Positions 41,110 to 54,857 are shown, numbered from the stretch's first letter. The stretch is DNA of 64,000 nt from Octopus vulgaris (GCA_951406725.2 OX597825.1:58032001-58096000); one strand, 5' to 3'. Notes: generated from the letters alone by a model not told the origin. Numbers and translations: made by a program.

Positions 41110-43345
41110 GAACCTTTCACTCGCTTCCCATTTCGCCACCCTCACCACTCTCTTTACTCTCCTCTTCACTTCTCAGTACCAATCCTAAGTCACTCCATCT
41201 CCTTTCTGCAAACACTCTTCAAAGGCCCTTTTCTTCTCTGCCACTGCATCCCTTACCTGCTCATTTCTCCACTCACTACCTTTCCTCACAACTATTCCAA
41301 CCACGTGTGTACCACATACCTCAGAAGCACATCTCTTTACTGCCTTTCTGAAAGCCTCCCACTCCTCCTCCACGTATCTTACCTCCCGTTTCTTAATCTG
41401 TTCATATTCACCTCTCAGTTTTTCAACATGCTCCTGTCCCTTCTCTCTCCTATCCAGTTCACTTACCTTCACAATATCTCTCCTCCCTGTAACATTTCAT
41501 TTTGAGCATGCCTTCAACTTATCCTGAACTAAGAAGTGATCTGGCACACTTCCACCTTCAACTCTCAATACATGTACATCCACCAACTTTCCTACCACTC
41601 TCTTATCAATTTATAAATAATCCATCAAGGCCCTATACACTACTGTTCCTGGATCTTTTCATTTCCAAGGCCTGTTTTTTCAGATTTTTCCTACTTAACC
41701 AGTCAATTTGAAACTTCGTATACTGGTAGAATGTGTCAAAAGAAAACATAATTGTAAACCAGAATGAAAACGGAATTGTAATTTCAAAGTTTAACGTTGT
41801 TTAATAATTATAATTTTAACCAATGGTATTCGGTCTTTCGGCTTCATATTATTTACTCCGTCTCAGTAGACGTAAACGGCTATTTTGCTGACGTATTTAA
41901 CATACGTGAAATGTAAACACCCGGTTACCGTATTCCTTCAGTTTCTATTCACATTTTTATATATATTATTAACTAACTTATATATTAAACTTATATATTA
42001 TATAACTAACTTAGTTTTTGTAAATTTTCGTATATTTTTTGTGATTTTTATTCCTTACTTTATTCGTGTAACTTTTATTTCTGTAACTTTTTATCTTTGG
42101 CAATCTTTCGTATGTGTGTGTATGTATGTGTGTGTGTGTATGTATGTATGGCCGATTCAGTGTTTACATTATTTCGAGTTAAAACGAAAGATTACCTTTG
42201 CTATGTAGAAAATAATGAGGTTAACTCAATGGAATAATGACAGTGATCGAAGATATAGACAAAATTTTTTTTGGTAATCTTTCGTTTTAACTCGAAATAA
42301 TGTAAACACTGAATCGGCCATACATACATACACACACAAACATACATACATACACACACACACACATACATAGATACATACACACACACACATACATGCA
42401 TACATACATATACACATACACCGAGTAAAAAATTTCAGTTATCTCTCTCTTTCACACATTACTCTCTCTGTCTCTTCACACACACTAACAGAAGTACTTC
42501 ACTTACACAACATACTTTCTGTCTCCCACACCCCATCAAACACACACACACACGCACACAAAACACAGACCTACGCACAGCTGTCTACGTCACAAAATAG
42601 CTTTCTACGTCACACTAAGATAATGCACTTAATTATTTCAAATGAAAACAAACAATACGATTGGTTAAAATTCGCAGATTTAATCTACCCTTAAAGTTAT
42701 AAAATACATTTTTCTCAAATAAACAAGTTGAAACTGGTGTTTTCTTTTGAGACACTCTACCAGTATACGAAGTTTCAAATTATTTAGTTAACTAGAAAAA
42801 TCTGACAAAACAGGCCTTGGAAATGAAAAGATCCCTGTTCCTCCTTCCACCCTCCACTACGTGAACTTATTCTTCTCCCACTTAAAAAAAAAAACTATTC
42901 CCCACCATCAACTCCTGCTCCATACACATTTCCAACAATCTTCTTCCACTCTCATTCCGACCAGGAACTCCATATTTTCCTACATTTTCTACTTCCTCAT
43001 TTCTCACTCGCGCATTCAAATCACCCAACACCACCACATAACCACTTTTCTCCACCCTATCCACAAACTCTGTCAATTCCCTCCAGAACTCCTCTACTTC
43101 TTCCTCAATCCCTGGACCAAATGCACTAAAACAACACCCCCATTTCTCATTTCATGATCCTTGTACTAGGGTGAGATTTGGTGTCTGACTTCTCTCACCC
43201 CCTTGTCCTTTTCTTGTTGTCTTTTTAGGAACATGGATTTACTAGGAGGGGAGGATTCTCAGTCCCCTCGCTCCTTCCCCTTTTAGTCGCGTCTTACGCC
43301 ACGCAGGGAATACGGCGATTACATTCTACCGATCCTCCCCTCCAG
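41110..43345 (-). mobile_element. RTE-clade LINE 5' part (5' UTR, AP endonuclease, linker)
   Basis: VVLGDLNARV, GKYGVPGRNESG..LLE.C....L..GNSFF, ALMDY, PDHFLV and EEEWEAFR..V...A.EVCG. Structured 5' UTR. Confidence 0.85.
41651..42834. mobile_element. Non-autonomous Merlin-like DNA transposon inserted in the RTE endonuclease
   Basis: Long TIRs starting GGATCTTTTCATTTCCAAGGCCTG and an exact 8-bp TSD CTGTTCCT (41643-41650, 42835-42842). GG termini with an 8-bp TSD fit Merlin. Has an internal inverted duplication at ~42110-42370. Confidence 0.8.
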
Positions 43346-43524
43346 TCGCAAGGGTTTGCTAGTTAACCCATAGCTTGGACCCTCACAGGTGCTACCACTC
43401 CGGGCCAGAGTAGACTTGGGAACAATAGTGGCTAAGAAGGGTTCTACACTCATCCAACCCTGAAACCAGGATCCAGGGTCCCACTACCGGATGTAGTTTA
43501 TAGTCATACCCAGGATCCTCACTT

Positions 43525-44000
43525 ATAGATGATGGAATTAAACATGCCAAGAAAACAAGCATTAAAACACTAAGGAAAACAAAATGAAACACTACGCCTC
43601 ATTTCAAAATACTACCCTATATATCGACTCACAACCCTAGAAACAATGAGGCATACAAAGCCATTGTACAAAATCTACTAATGTTCACTAGGGATCCAAA
43701 AATGAATTACATTCTTAAAACACGTAAATTTATCAAAAGTAAAAAAACAACCCAAATCGCTGAAAAGACTACTGATAAATGCAAGGCTATATACAACAAC
43801 CACGAAACCAATGATTAAAAGTGTGGATGTCCATATTGCGAAACATTCCCCAACCTACTGGAAGGCTCGGAATTCCAATTCAAACAAGGAGAGAGGTTCA
43901 CAATTAAGACCAAATTCACTTCTGCATCCGAAAATTTAATTTATGTTATAACCTGTTCAAGTTTTGGACACAAGTATATATGACAGAGAAGTATGTCACT
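43525..44000 (+). mobile_element. Penelope-like element (Neptune-type) linker and GIY-YIG start
   Basis: LPYISTHNPRN, KQPKSLKRLL, CGCPYC, FTIKTKFT.ASENLIYVITC...KYI. Confidence 0.8.
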
Positions 44001-44018
44001 ATATAAAAATAATATAGT

Positions 44019-44220
44019 TACATCTAAATACATAAGGAATCCACTCGTGGGATTCAACACGCTAGAAAGAACAGCTAAGTTCTATAACCACAAAATTAGG
44101 GATAAAATTCGACAGAAACGAAATGAAACGAAATTATCCCTAATTTTGTGTTTATAGAACCTAGCTGTTCTTTCTAGCGTGTTGAATCCCACGAATGGAT
44201 TCCTTATGTGTTTAAATGTA
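44019..44220. repeat. Inverted repeat with ~90-bp arms
   Basis: CATAAGGAATCC...AATTAGGGATAA pairs with TTATCCCTAATT...GGATTCCTTATG. Lies directly after the Penelope fragment. Confidence 0.9.
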
Positions 44221-44325
44221 CACTGTATTCTATGAGTAATAATAGTCTTTGGACTAAATTTTTACACGCTAAGCCACTAGAAGCGAAAATTTCTATTAAT
44301 TTCCATTTCCCTCCGATATGATTAA

Positions 44326-44339
<14 letters not shown>

Positions 44340-44364
<25 letters not shown>

Positions 44365-44731
44365 CGGCAGTTTGTCTGTGCGTGTTTCTGTGTGTCTGTT
44401 TGCTTGTACCCTCACCCTGACCACGGCTTTCAACCGATTCTGATGAAACTTGACACACACATAGCCCAATGTCATAATTCAAAACTAACGCAGCGAAAAT
44501 TTTGAAAAGTTCCCCCAGTTCTGAAAAAATCGATAAATTCGACATGGGGTCGAGAATCAGAAACACGAACCACAAACTGTCTAGGGGACGCAACTACACC
44601 TTTTTTAAATCTCAAAAAAAAATTTACCATCATTTTTTTCCATTTTTTTGCTATTTTTTGGCTATAACTCTCTAAAAATGCTTTATAGTTATTTCCCTTA
44701 CAAACCTGAGCAACGCCGGGCGATACTGTTA

Positions 44732-44732
<1 letters not shown>
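44340..44732 (+). mobile_element. Non-autonomous Helitron
   Basis: TATATAAAAACGGCAGTTTGTCTG start and a 3' hairpin CCTGAGCAACGCCGGG plus TTAG|T, shared with the end of 20624-21843. Confidence 0.75.
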
Positions 44733-44809
<77 letters not shown>

Positions 44810-44813
<4 letters not shown>

Positions 44814-45040
44814 GTGTGTGTGTGTGTGTGGCTTTGTGTCTGTGTTTGTGCTCCACCATCACTTGACAACCGATGCTGGTGTGCTGACGTTCCCGTAAAT
44901 TAGTGGCTCAGCAAAAGAGAGTGATAGGCTTACAAAGAATATATCCTGGGGTCGATTTCTTTGACTAAAAGATCCCTTTAAGATGGTGCTCCAGCATGGC
45001 CGCAGTCAAATAACTGAAACAAGTAAAAGAATAAAAGAAT
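44810..45040 (+). mobile_element. CORE-type SINE 3' half
   Basis: Matches 26400-26630. Confidence 0.75.
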
Positions 45041-45197
45041 ATCTGCAATAATTCTAGAAAAATTGCTTTTAGCTGATGAGAAATGTAATTTTATAATTGA
45101 AACTAAGTTCAAAATTTAAATTTTGGAACATATTCTTTATTTACTTGATTCATGAAAAAAGACAATAACTTTTGTCTATCAATCTCTTTATCTTTCC

Positions 45198-45536
45198 GAA
45201 GCTGCTCCTATTTGGTCAGTCAACCTGCTAGAAACCATAGGGTATATATGGTATCGTAGTCATAGATGTACATTCTTCCAGAGAGAGAGGAGATGGTCAA
45301 CGCTGGGAAGCCTTTGTTCATAGGTTTGGATCCATCAGTCAGAGATGAGACGGCTGCAAAGCTAGATAACGAAAGCATATTTCGAGGAATTCGTTACAAC
45401 CGCTCCTCGATACTTGTACAATTGAAAACCTATTAAATTACACAGTCCTTAGGTCCTCACAACAATCAAATCTACTCAAATTACTCATTCTCTCCGATTA
45501 ACACAAGTTATCCATCATCACCATTGCCATCCCATT

Positions 45537-45589
<53 letters not shown>

Positions 45590-45630
45590 GCTACTACTAC
45601 TACTACTGCTACTACTACTTCTACTGCTAA
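45198..45630 (+). repeat. Recent partial duplicate of 56674-57100 (intron end, putative terminal exon 45446-45501, ACT run)
   Basis: Near-identical to the paralog 3 segment. No dedicated upstream signal exon found. Confidence 0.85.
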
Positions 45631-45632
45631 AA

Positions 45633-46192
45633 TTAGCACGCCGGGCGAAATGCTTAGCAGTATTTCGTCTGCCGCTACGTTCTGAGTTCAAATTCCGCCG
45701 AGATCGACTTTACATTTTATCCTTTCGGGATCGGTTAAATAAGTACCAGTTATGCACTGGGGTCGATATAATCGACTTAATCCGTCTGTCTGTCCTTGTT
45801 TGTCTCCTCTGTGTTTAGCCCCTTGTGGATAGTAAAGAAATAGGTATTTCGTTTGTCACTACTTTCTTAGTTCAAATTCCGCCGAGATCGACTTTACATT
45901 TTATCCTTTCGGGATCGGTTAAATAAGTACCAGTTATGCACTGGGGTCGATATAATCGACTTAATCCGTATGTCTGTCCTTGTTTGTCTCCTCTGTGTTT
46001 AGCCCCTTGTGGATAGTAAAGAAATAGGTATTTCGTTTGTCGCTACTTTCTTAGTTCAAATTCCGCCGAAATCGCCTTTACATTTTATCCTTTCGGGATC
46101 GGTTAAATAAGTACCAGTTACTCACTGGGGTCGATGTAATCGACTTAATCCCTTTCCCCAAATTTGAGGCCTTGTGCTTCCGGTAGAAAGGT
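45633..46192 (+). mobile_element. SINE family 2, tandem trimer
   Basis: The units share private variants (GAGATCGACTTTACATTTTATCC...GGATCGGTT), which indicates local amplification. Confidence 0.85.
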
Positions 46193-46199
46193 TTATTAA

Positions 46200-46705
46200 T
46201 ATTATTCTATCTTTGACTTTTGCTTTGTATTTGTACAAGTTGACTCCAAATCTCACTCAGAGAGCTCAAGAGATAAGTTAGAAGTTCAAGTTGGTTTATG
46301 ACCAAGGTGTCATACTTTTGGTTTTGAACAGTGTATTGTTCTAGAGAATGTCTGCCAAAACATAAGTAAATTAGAAGCTCGTTTAAAAGTAATTTGATTA
46401 TAAGATGGTAACGTGATGTTAAGATGACACTAAAAGGTGCTTGCTATTATGTATATTTAAAAGTATTTTGACATTGTTTACAGATTAAAATGTTTTCAGG
46501 ATTACATAGACAATATTATTCGTAGGATATGAGCACAATCTTTTTTTAATTTTTTCCATTTTGGGATTTCTTATTTGAAATAGGTAGCAATCCGTCCCTC
46601 TTGCTATCAGTTCTGGGACACCTATAATAACAGGTATTGTTTTAGTTCTAATTTCTATTTCAGGTATTTTATACTTGCTTAATTTTTTGTAGTAGAAAGG
46701 GTTAC

Positions 46706-46745
<40 letters not shown>

Positions 46746-46880
46746 GTATGCTTGGCTTTTGCTTTGTATTTGTAGAAGTTGACTCCAAGTCTCACCTAAA
46801 ACCCTTAAGGGACAATAGGGTAGAAGTTCAAGCTGGTATTATGACTAGGGTTCCATATTTTTGGTTTTGCGCAGAGTATT
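46200..46880 (-). mobile_element. Two diverged Dong family B 3' ends
   Basis: TTTGACTTTTGCTTTGTATTTGTACAAG matches the reverse complement of the family B 3' UTR. Each abuts a TAT repeat. Confidence 0.65.
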
Positions 46881-46884
46881 GTTC

Positions 46885-48589
46885 AAGGATGCCCACTCAC
46901 TCCTCTTCTCTTCTCTTAGTAATAGATCGAGAGCGATTACTAAGGAAGTTGGATATTTTGAGGGGCATTGCGAGTGATCTAGGATACGGAATGTTCGTGA
47001 CGACTTATGCGAACGACGGTACCGTAATAGCGTCGGACAGCTCGGAAATCGAGGTGATTAGCACTACTTCAAGGAAGTACAAAGCGGTGACAGGAGCAAA
47101 GATTAATCAGGAAAAGTCGGCGAGCCTGCAGCTCGGCATCCGGAGAGGCAGGTCCATGCCAACTGATAGCGCTTTAGGGAGTTGGACGGAAGGACCGGTT
47201 AAATTGCTCGGAGTCTGGTCTGGTTTGGTCTGGTCCGGACCTCCAGGTGAACAAGAACTGAGGGGTGGGGTAGTGAGCAGGGTAGCCAGTCTCACCCGGA
47301 AATGGGCAGAGAGGAGGCTGTCCCTGAAGAGTCAGGCGGAGGTGCGAATGCGTACATCGTTTCCATTATCTATTACTGCCTGGCCGTCGTTTCTTGCCTT
47401 GCTTCTTCACTAATCAAACTGGAGCGCTTGCTCTTCCAGTTTCTGTAGAAGGGACGTGTTCCACTCGTCAGACGGTCCCTCTGCTGTCAACAGCCGCTGA
47501 GTAGAGGACTGGGTATGCTCTGGCTAATGATGCGGAGACACGCACTGAGACTACATCTCCAGCGTTTTCTTAACAGTGAGTGGGTGTGGTCGCCGTTTAT
47601 CACACAGGTTATTCTGCAGCTCTTCTTATTGACGGAGCTACAGTTTTGGATCGAGCGTGGATCGTGAAAGGGTGCCTGGCACCTGGAGTATCGGCAAACG
47701 CGATCGGTGGTAGTTCTACTATGGAGTTCTATAGTGGTTTAGTGGCTAACAAGAACAACAGCATCATCGGGATAATTTTGGGCGTCGGGAGGGATCAATT
47801 AACTGGTTTTTCTGGAAGACTCTCGGGTCGGGGCCTATTGATAACTTCTAGAAAACCCTGGCCTGTTAGTTCTACCGGGAAGGTCTGCCGGTTCGAGACA
47901 AGCTCTACAGACACAGAAGTGCTGCCAGAGGGATCTGTCCGAGCTCTGCGCAGGGCGACGAAACCGTTCTGCATGCACTCGTCCAGCGTCCGGGCATTAG
48001 ACTTTTGGAGCTTTGTCGAACAGCTGTTGACGCGTGTAGAATGGATCCTGTTATCAGTCGAATTCATCGTGAAAATCGCCCCGCCGCTTTCTTATATCCG
48101 GGAAGGAAAGGCAATTTTCTTCTGTCTGATGGCTATGGCGAAGGAGGTAGTGTGATAGACAAGATTGAAAGGTCTGAAAAAGATACCTTCCTCTTCGGCC
48201 AAGCCCTCATTGAATTTTCAAGTCCACTTCAAAAAGAAAGTGAAAGCGGAGGGGGAAGTTCTCCCCCCCACCTCAGCATTTTTGTTCCAAGGTGAGTCTA
48301 TGTGGTGAGGATGGCCGTGTGAATGTGCCGGCTCTTAACTTACGCTTCTGAAACCGGAGTAGTTGAGAAGGAAAGGGGCACCTGCTGAGGTGCACTTGGC
48401 ACTCAAGGTAACCAGGATGTGTTGGGTTCCACGGTTGGCCCTGTGAAGAACTCCCTTCTTTGGGGTAATTTTATTATTTAATTGTATTGTTATTTATTGT
48501 ATATACGTCATTGTTCCAAACCCCAATTCTCCCTTGTGTTGTATTGTCCCTATTTGTTTTGTGTTCGGACCTTGCAGCCAATAAAGAAA

Positions 48590-48590
<1 letters not shown>
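46885..48590 (+). mobile_element. Tx1 LINE 3' half, degenerate
   Basis: TYAND, TGAKINQEKS, PVKLLGVW and KWAERRLSLK. 3' UTR ends AATAAA then (ATT)n. Confidence 0.85.
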
Positions 48591-48662
<72 letters not shown>

Positions 48663-48673
48663 TATTATTATTA

Positions 48674-51600
48674 CTTTTTTTTCTTCTTTGAAATTTGCTT
48701 CCATTTCTTGCCGAGTGTCTTCCCGACTCCTAGGGCAAAGAAACTCATTGTATACATTGGTAGGCCATTAAACCAATCTCAATAGTTCGTTCATTTTTTT
48801 TTTTTAAGTTAAATTAAAATACATGAGCAGCAATATTTCTCACATCGACAATGCTCTTCTCAATACGTGTGATGTACCAGTTAAGACAATCTTTTGCACT
48901 TCTTGCAGGGATGGTAAGCCAGGGATCATTCTCATATAATTTTCGGTTCCCTTCTTGATCATTCCTAGTACTCCTACGATCACTGGTATTGTAACCGCCT
49001 TAAGATGCCACATTTTCTCAATTTCAATGAGCAAATCTTTATATTTTCTGAGCTTGTCAAATTCTTTCGCCGAGATATTATGATCACAGGGGATGCTCAT
49101 GTCGATCAATAAGCAAACTTTATTGTTTTGGTCTTTCACAACAATATCTGGTTTATTGGCCTTGATGGTTCGGTCTGTATGTACTGGAAAGTCCCACAGA
49201 ATCGTTACATTTTCTCCTTGAGTTACAGCATCAGGGTGGTGATTATACCACTTGTTGGCAGTTTTGATATTGTAATGCCGACTTATTAGCCAGTGTAGAT
49301 ATTGGCCAACTCTGTCATGTCTTAATTTATACTCCACTGGTGCTAAGACTTTACATCCAGAGATTAGGTGGTCCACTGTTTCAATCATGTCGTTGCAGAA
49401 TCGGCATTTTGGGTCTGCTCCATTTTTCATCACATTGGCCTGATAGTTCCGGGTTAATAGGCTTTGATCTTGAGCAGCCAGGATGAAACCTTCACTCTCT
49501 GCTTTTAGCCCTGAGCTCCGTAGCCACTGATGGGTTTGCTTTTGTCAACATCAGCTTGTTTGCTGTGGGCCACATATTTGCCGTGCAGAGGTTTCTCCTC
49601 CCACCTATCAGCCAATTGCTCGTGCGCTTTTTTCGTTGCCATTATTTTCACCTTCTTTGCAGCAATAGTTGCCGTACTTCCCTCGGGTTGTTCAGTTTGG
49701 GTATCCTGCACGAGATCAATAGCAAATTTTTTGTTTTCATTTATGATAGAATGAAGCTTTTTTCGTCTCTCGTGGTTTTCCACGAGCTTTAGCATCCAGT
49801 CATTCGTTATTTCGAGATATTTGGCCAGTCCAATTGTGGTTGTTTTGTAAGCTAGTTCAAATTGGATCAGGCCTCGACCTCCTTGGGCTCTGGGAAGGTT
49901 AAAGGCGATCTACGTCTGCCTTTGGGTGATGCATCCTATTACAACTCAACAGCTTGCGTATTTTCCTATCTATATTCTTTACTTCACTCATATTCCAGTT
50001 CAACACATTGTAGCTATAAGTAACAACTGGAACTGCTAAGGAATTTATAGCTAACACTTTGTTACGTGCATTTAGTTCAGATTTCAGGACTGCACGAACT
50101 CTCCTATAACATTCCTTCCTGATCTTCTATTTCATGCTTGCATGTTGAATACCAGAGCCTTCATTTATCCCTAAATATTTGTATGTTTGTTCTTGCTCAA
50201 GCTCTCTTATGACTGTGTCAACATCTAACACGACTGAATTTATGGTCTTCACTTTCCCTTTCTGGAAAGTGGCCTTGGTACACTTCTCAAGTCAAACTCC
50301 ATCCCAATGTCATCGCTGAATGCTTTCACAGTGCGCAATAGGCCTTCAAGTTCATTATTGTCTTTACCATAGAGTTTTAAGTCATCCATATAAAATAGAT
50401 GGCTTATTTTTTTATTGGCAATTTTATACCCATACCCTGTTCTGTTTAATTCACTTGTAAGGGGTATTAGGGCTATGCAGAATATTAAAGGTGAAAGTGA
50501 ATCACCTTGAAAAATTCCACAGTTGATGTTTATATTTTCCGAGGCAAGTATTCCATTAGAGTGGTATAATTGGAGATTCGTATTCCACAACGACATATTG
50601 TGCTTCAGGAAGTTTGAAATCACAGGGGAAATTTTGAAGATGTCCAGCGATCTCAAGATCCATGGATGCGGTATACTGTCGAAGGCCTTTTTATAGTCAA
50701 TCCATGCGGAACTGAGATTTCTGCGCTTGTTGTGACAGTTCTCAAGTATCATACGATTGATTAGCAGTTGATCTTTGCATCCGTAAGAGCCTCGGCGGCA
50801 CCCTTTTTGTTCAATGGGGAAAATATCGTTCTTCTCCATGAATGCATATGTTTTCTCCGCCAGGATAGATGTTAGGATTTTATACGTGGTGGATAGACAG
50901 GTTATAGGCCGATAGTCTTTTGGAAGGTTGGTTTCGTTATTCTTTGGGAGTAGGTAAGTAATGCCACTTGCTAACCATTCAGGTGTTTTCTTTGGGTCTC
51001 TCATAATTCCATTGAGCAGCTGAACTAGCTTACTCTGTGCGCATGGGAGCGATGCGAGCCAGAAATTCGGCACCCTATCTTTACCGGGGGATTTCCAATT
51101 ATGGGCCTTCGTGAGTGCCTTTCTTAGGTCTGCTATTGTGATGTCTTCCCATGCTTGTTGTTGTAAATTTTGGTAGGATCCTTCAGTTTGTATAATCCAG
51201 TCTGCATTTATGTTGTACGCCTTCTTGTCACTCCAAATCCTTTTCCAAAAGTGTTGAACTTCTTCCATGGGAGGGGGGTCTTTAACGGTTACTTTCTCCT
51301 TCCCTATATCTCTGTAGAATTTTTTGGCAGTGGATGTGAACAGCTTATTTTGCTTGTAAAACTTGTTTCTCTTCTCAAATCTTCGTATTCTTTGGGCTTT
51401 TGCTTGGACTTTTTGTTTCAGCGTTTCTTTTATTGATATCAGTTCTTTTCTTGGTGAGGATCCAAATTTTCTCTTCAATTTTCTTCCTGTTCTGGATCTT
51501 ACATCATTTCCACATATTAGTTCATTTAATATTGATATTTCCCCTCTCATAAATTCAATCTCTTTTTCAATTTTACTTCTCCAGGTTTGATTTCTTCCCA

Positions 51601-52637
51601 GGTTTGGTTTTCTTTGTTTTTTCGGGGGCATACAGCTGGTTTCAATTGCCCTAGCAGAAGCGTAAATAATTTCATTTAACTCAGTAAAATCAGGTTTTAA
51701 TTCTTGTATTATTTCATTTGTTACATAGTTGCCAATTTGGATTTGTTTTTTATTTTGGTTTGTATTTGAGAGTTTATGAAGTGGTTCTCTATCATTCATA
51801 CTTGTATGTCTTACAACTTCAAGCGTATTCAGGATTTTCTGCCTCATTTCTGCCATAGACTCTCTGTGTTCTTCAGCAAACGCGAGATCTTCAGTTACTG
51901 TTGTCTTATCGTTTTCCTGGCTATCTTTAACTGGTACAATAGAATTTCTTATATCTTCAGGCCTTTGCGTACTTTGGTCAGATGGCAGTCTTTCAATTAA
52001 GCCTCGTGGCGGGCTATACTGTTCATCTGATTCTTCATTTCCTTTGTGTCTTATATTTATGTCATTTTCCGTTGCGTGCTTGATCGCGCTTATTTCACTG
52101 TCTGTGAGTCTGTTATTTCTAAGGATATCCCTCCTCACATTTGCTAATTTGTTCTCGTTCAAATAGGGCCTACTGTCTTGATTCCGTGTTCTCCATATAC
52201 TGTAAGAGTTTGCGGTGTGTCTCTCTTGAGATGGCCTACCTAATGCATAGTAATAAGCGTATATTACTTCTTTATACTCTTCTCGGGTCCATTTGTTCCG
52301 CTTACATTTTTCTTTCTGTGGTGGTTGCGGTGGTGAACTTGGAGGGCTCGAGTTGGGGGATTTCCCGTTCAAGTGACCATCCATGCCCGTATTCGGAGAA
52401 GAGTTTGTGCCAGTTGATGACTTTTCGATCCCAGGCTGGCTCTTCCCTGGGGGACGCGCTTCCAGATTAACCATAGGACAAGCGATTTGGTATACTGATT
52501 TAGTTTTCCTTTTAGTTTCCAAAAACATTTTGGTGCTACGATAATGTTATCATTTTTGAGCTTTGATTGGCTCGTGGGGAGACGGCCATCATTGCAGTTA
52601 CAATTATAATCGTACCATTATAGCAGCCGTAGTCGGC
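48674..52637 (-). mobile_element. Near full-length R4/Dong-clade LINE (family A), single RT-RLE ORF with a few disablements
   Basis: ATG at 52528, R4-type N-terminus (WTREEYKEVIYAYY), RT (YRPITCL, QKGCR, GIFQGDSLSP, HLFYMDDLKLY), CCHC knuckle and RLE, stop at 48840. Frameshifts near 50290 and 49540. TAA repeats on both sides. Confidence 0.95.
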
Positions 52638-53344
52638 TTATTATTGTTATTATCATCACCATTATTATCACTATCATCATTATCACCACCATTACCATCA
52701 TCATTATCGTCATCACCATCACCATCATCATCATCATCACCAATGATATTGTTTTGTGTGTAGTCACAGCAGTATCTTATTATTGTTATTTTTGTTTTTT
52801 ATCATTATCACCATCACAGTAGTGTCTGTCTGTCTCGTTGGCTGGCTTGGTGGTTGGCTGGCTGACTGTCTACAACGCCAGAATTCTTGCCTGTCAAATA
52901 ATACTTTCATATTTGGTTAACAATAGAGCCGAGGTGAGGTTTGTGTTGGTTGAACTCTTTGAGTGTGTGTGTGTGTGTAGATAGATAGATAGATTATCAG
53001 CATTATTACTATCATTATTATCATCATCACCATCAGTGATATTTTTTTTTTCTAGGTGGGGTCCTATCGGTCAAAAAAAGTTCAAATGTTTACTACTATT
53101 AGCCTTAAGAAAAATTAAGGAAGGGCTGTTCTGTATTATTTGTGAATAGAGAAGTTGTGTTCGACCAGAGAGAATCTTAGCATCATTATTATTTTTTTTT
53201 TCCATGTGCGCTTGTGTTATTGCAATAAAAAATGTTTGTATATTTCGTGTAAGGTAATATTGTGGAGGTTGAAGTTGACTTTTCTAGAGATGTTTGTATG
53301 TCCAGTTAGAAGAACAGGTGTGTTTTTGCAATGAAAAGTATATG

Positions 53345-54022
<678 letters not shown>

Positions 54023-54026
54023 GTTG

Positions 54027-54067
<41 letters not shown>

Positions 54068-54230
54068 GCAGCTTCATCGTATCATATTAGAAATGAACAA
54101 TGTCAAATCTATGAATATGTGCGCGCATGGGCGTGTTGTTAATACAAATTCCGTTACCACCAAAATCCGGTTTCTAACCAATGTGTTGAGATTTTCAATC
54201 TGATCGGTCATATTTTTTTACAGCTGCAGT

Positions 54231-54312
54231 ATGAACACTGTGTCGACTTTGTTCAGCATTTTCTTCACTTGTTTATACTTTTTAGTCATTATTGCCGACA
54301 GATCATTCTTAG
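54231..54312 (+). CDS. Putative signal-peptide exon, paralog 3 (MNTVSTLFSIFFTCLYFLVIIADRSFL + phase-1 G)
   Basis: Preceded by TTTTTTACAGCTGCAGT, 82 nt long, ends AG|GTAAGT. Hydrophobic core with a plausible IIA-D cleavage site. Confidence 0.65.
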
Positions 54313-54468
54313 GTAAGTACTTTTCGCTCACTTTATTATAAGCACACACACAAATACACCTGTACATGTGTGTGAGTGCGCATATCTGCGTGAGTGTCAG
54401 TGTGAATGTGCGCCACGGAAACAGGGAAATCAGCCCTATGGATCTATATGATTCGGGAAGGATCGCTG

Positions 54469-54534
<66 letters not shown>

Positions 54535-54535
54535 A

Positions 54536-54572
<37 letters not shown>

Positions 54573-54645
54573 CCTACCTATCTATCTATCTATCTATCTA
54601 CCTACCTATCTATCGATTTATCTATCTATCTATCTATCTATCGAT

Positions 54646-54707
<62 letters not shown>

Positions 54708-54817
54708 CTTTATATATATACTGTATAAAGGATCGTGGATGAGGCCAAAGCAATGAGAAGTAAACGCAAGGTAACTAACAAGAAAACAAATATGTGAATT
54801 AATGTAGATTTACCTTG

Positions 54818-54857
54818 TATTCAATAATTCGGGGTTATGACCCCGTTTTCAAGAAAT
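54818..54857 (-). ncRNA. Degenerate minimal hammerhead, U3:A8 core variant
   Basis: UUC-UUGAAAA-C-GGGGU(CAUA)ACCCC-GAAU-UAUU-GAA. One core mismatch (A15.1 to U) and a short stem I. Confidence 0.4.

Noticed and set aside
43265-43320. HDV-like ribozyme at the RTE 5' end
   Set aside because: Only a hairpin with an internal loop can be drawn. There is no room for P3, L3 and P1' of the nested double pseudoknot.
45065-45115. CTGATGA...GAAAC hammerhead candidate (also CTGATGAAGGG at 55548 and CTGAGGA at 55981)
   Set aside because: Stems I and II cannot be formed convincingly. At best these are decayed remnants.
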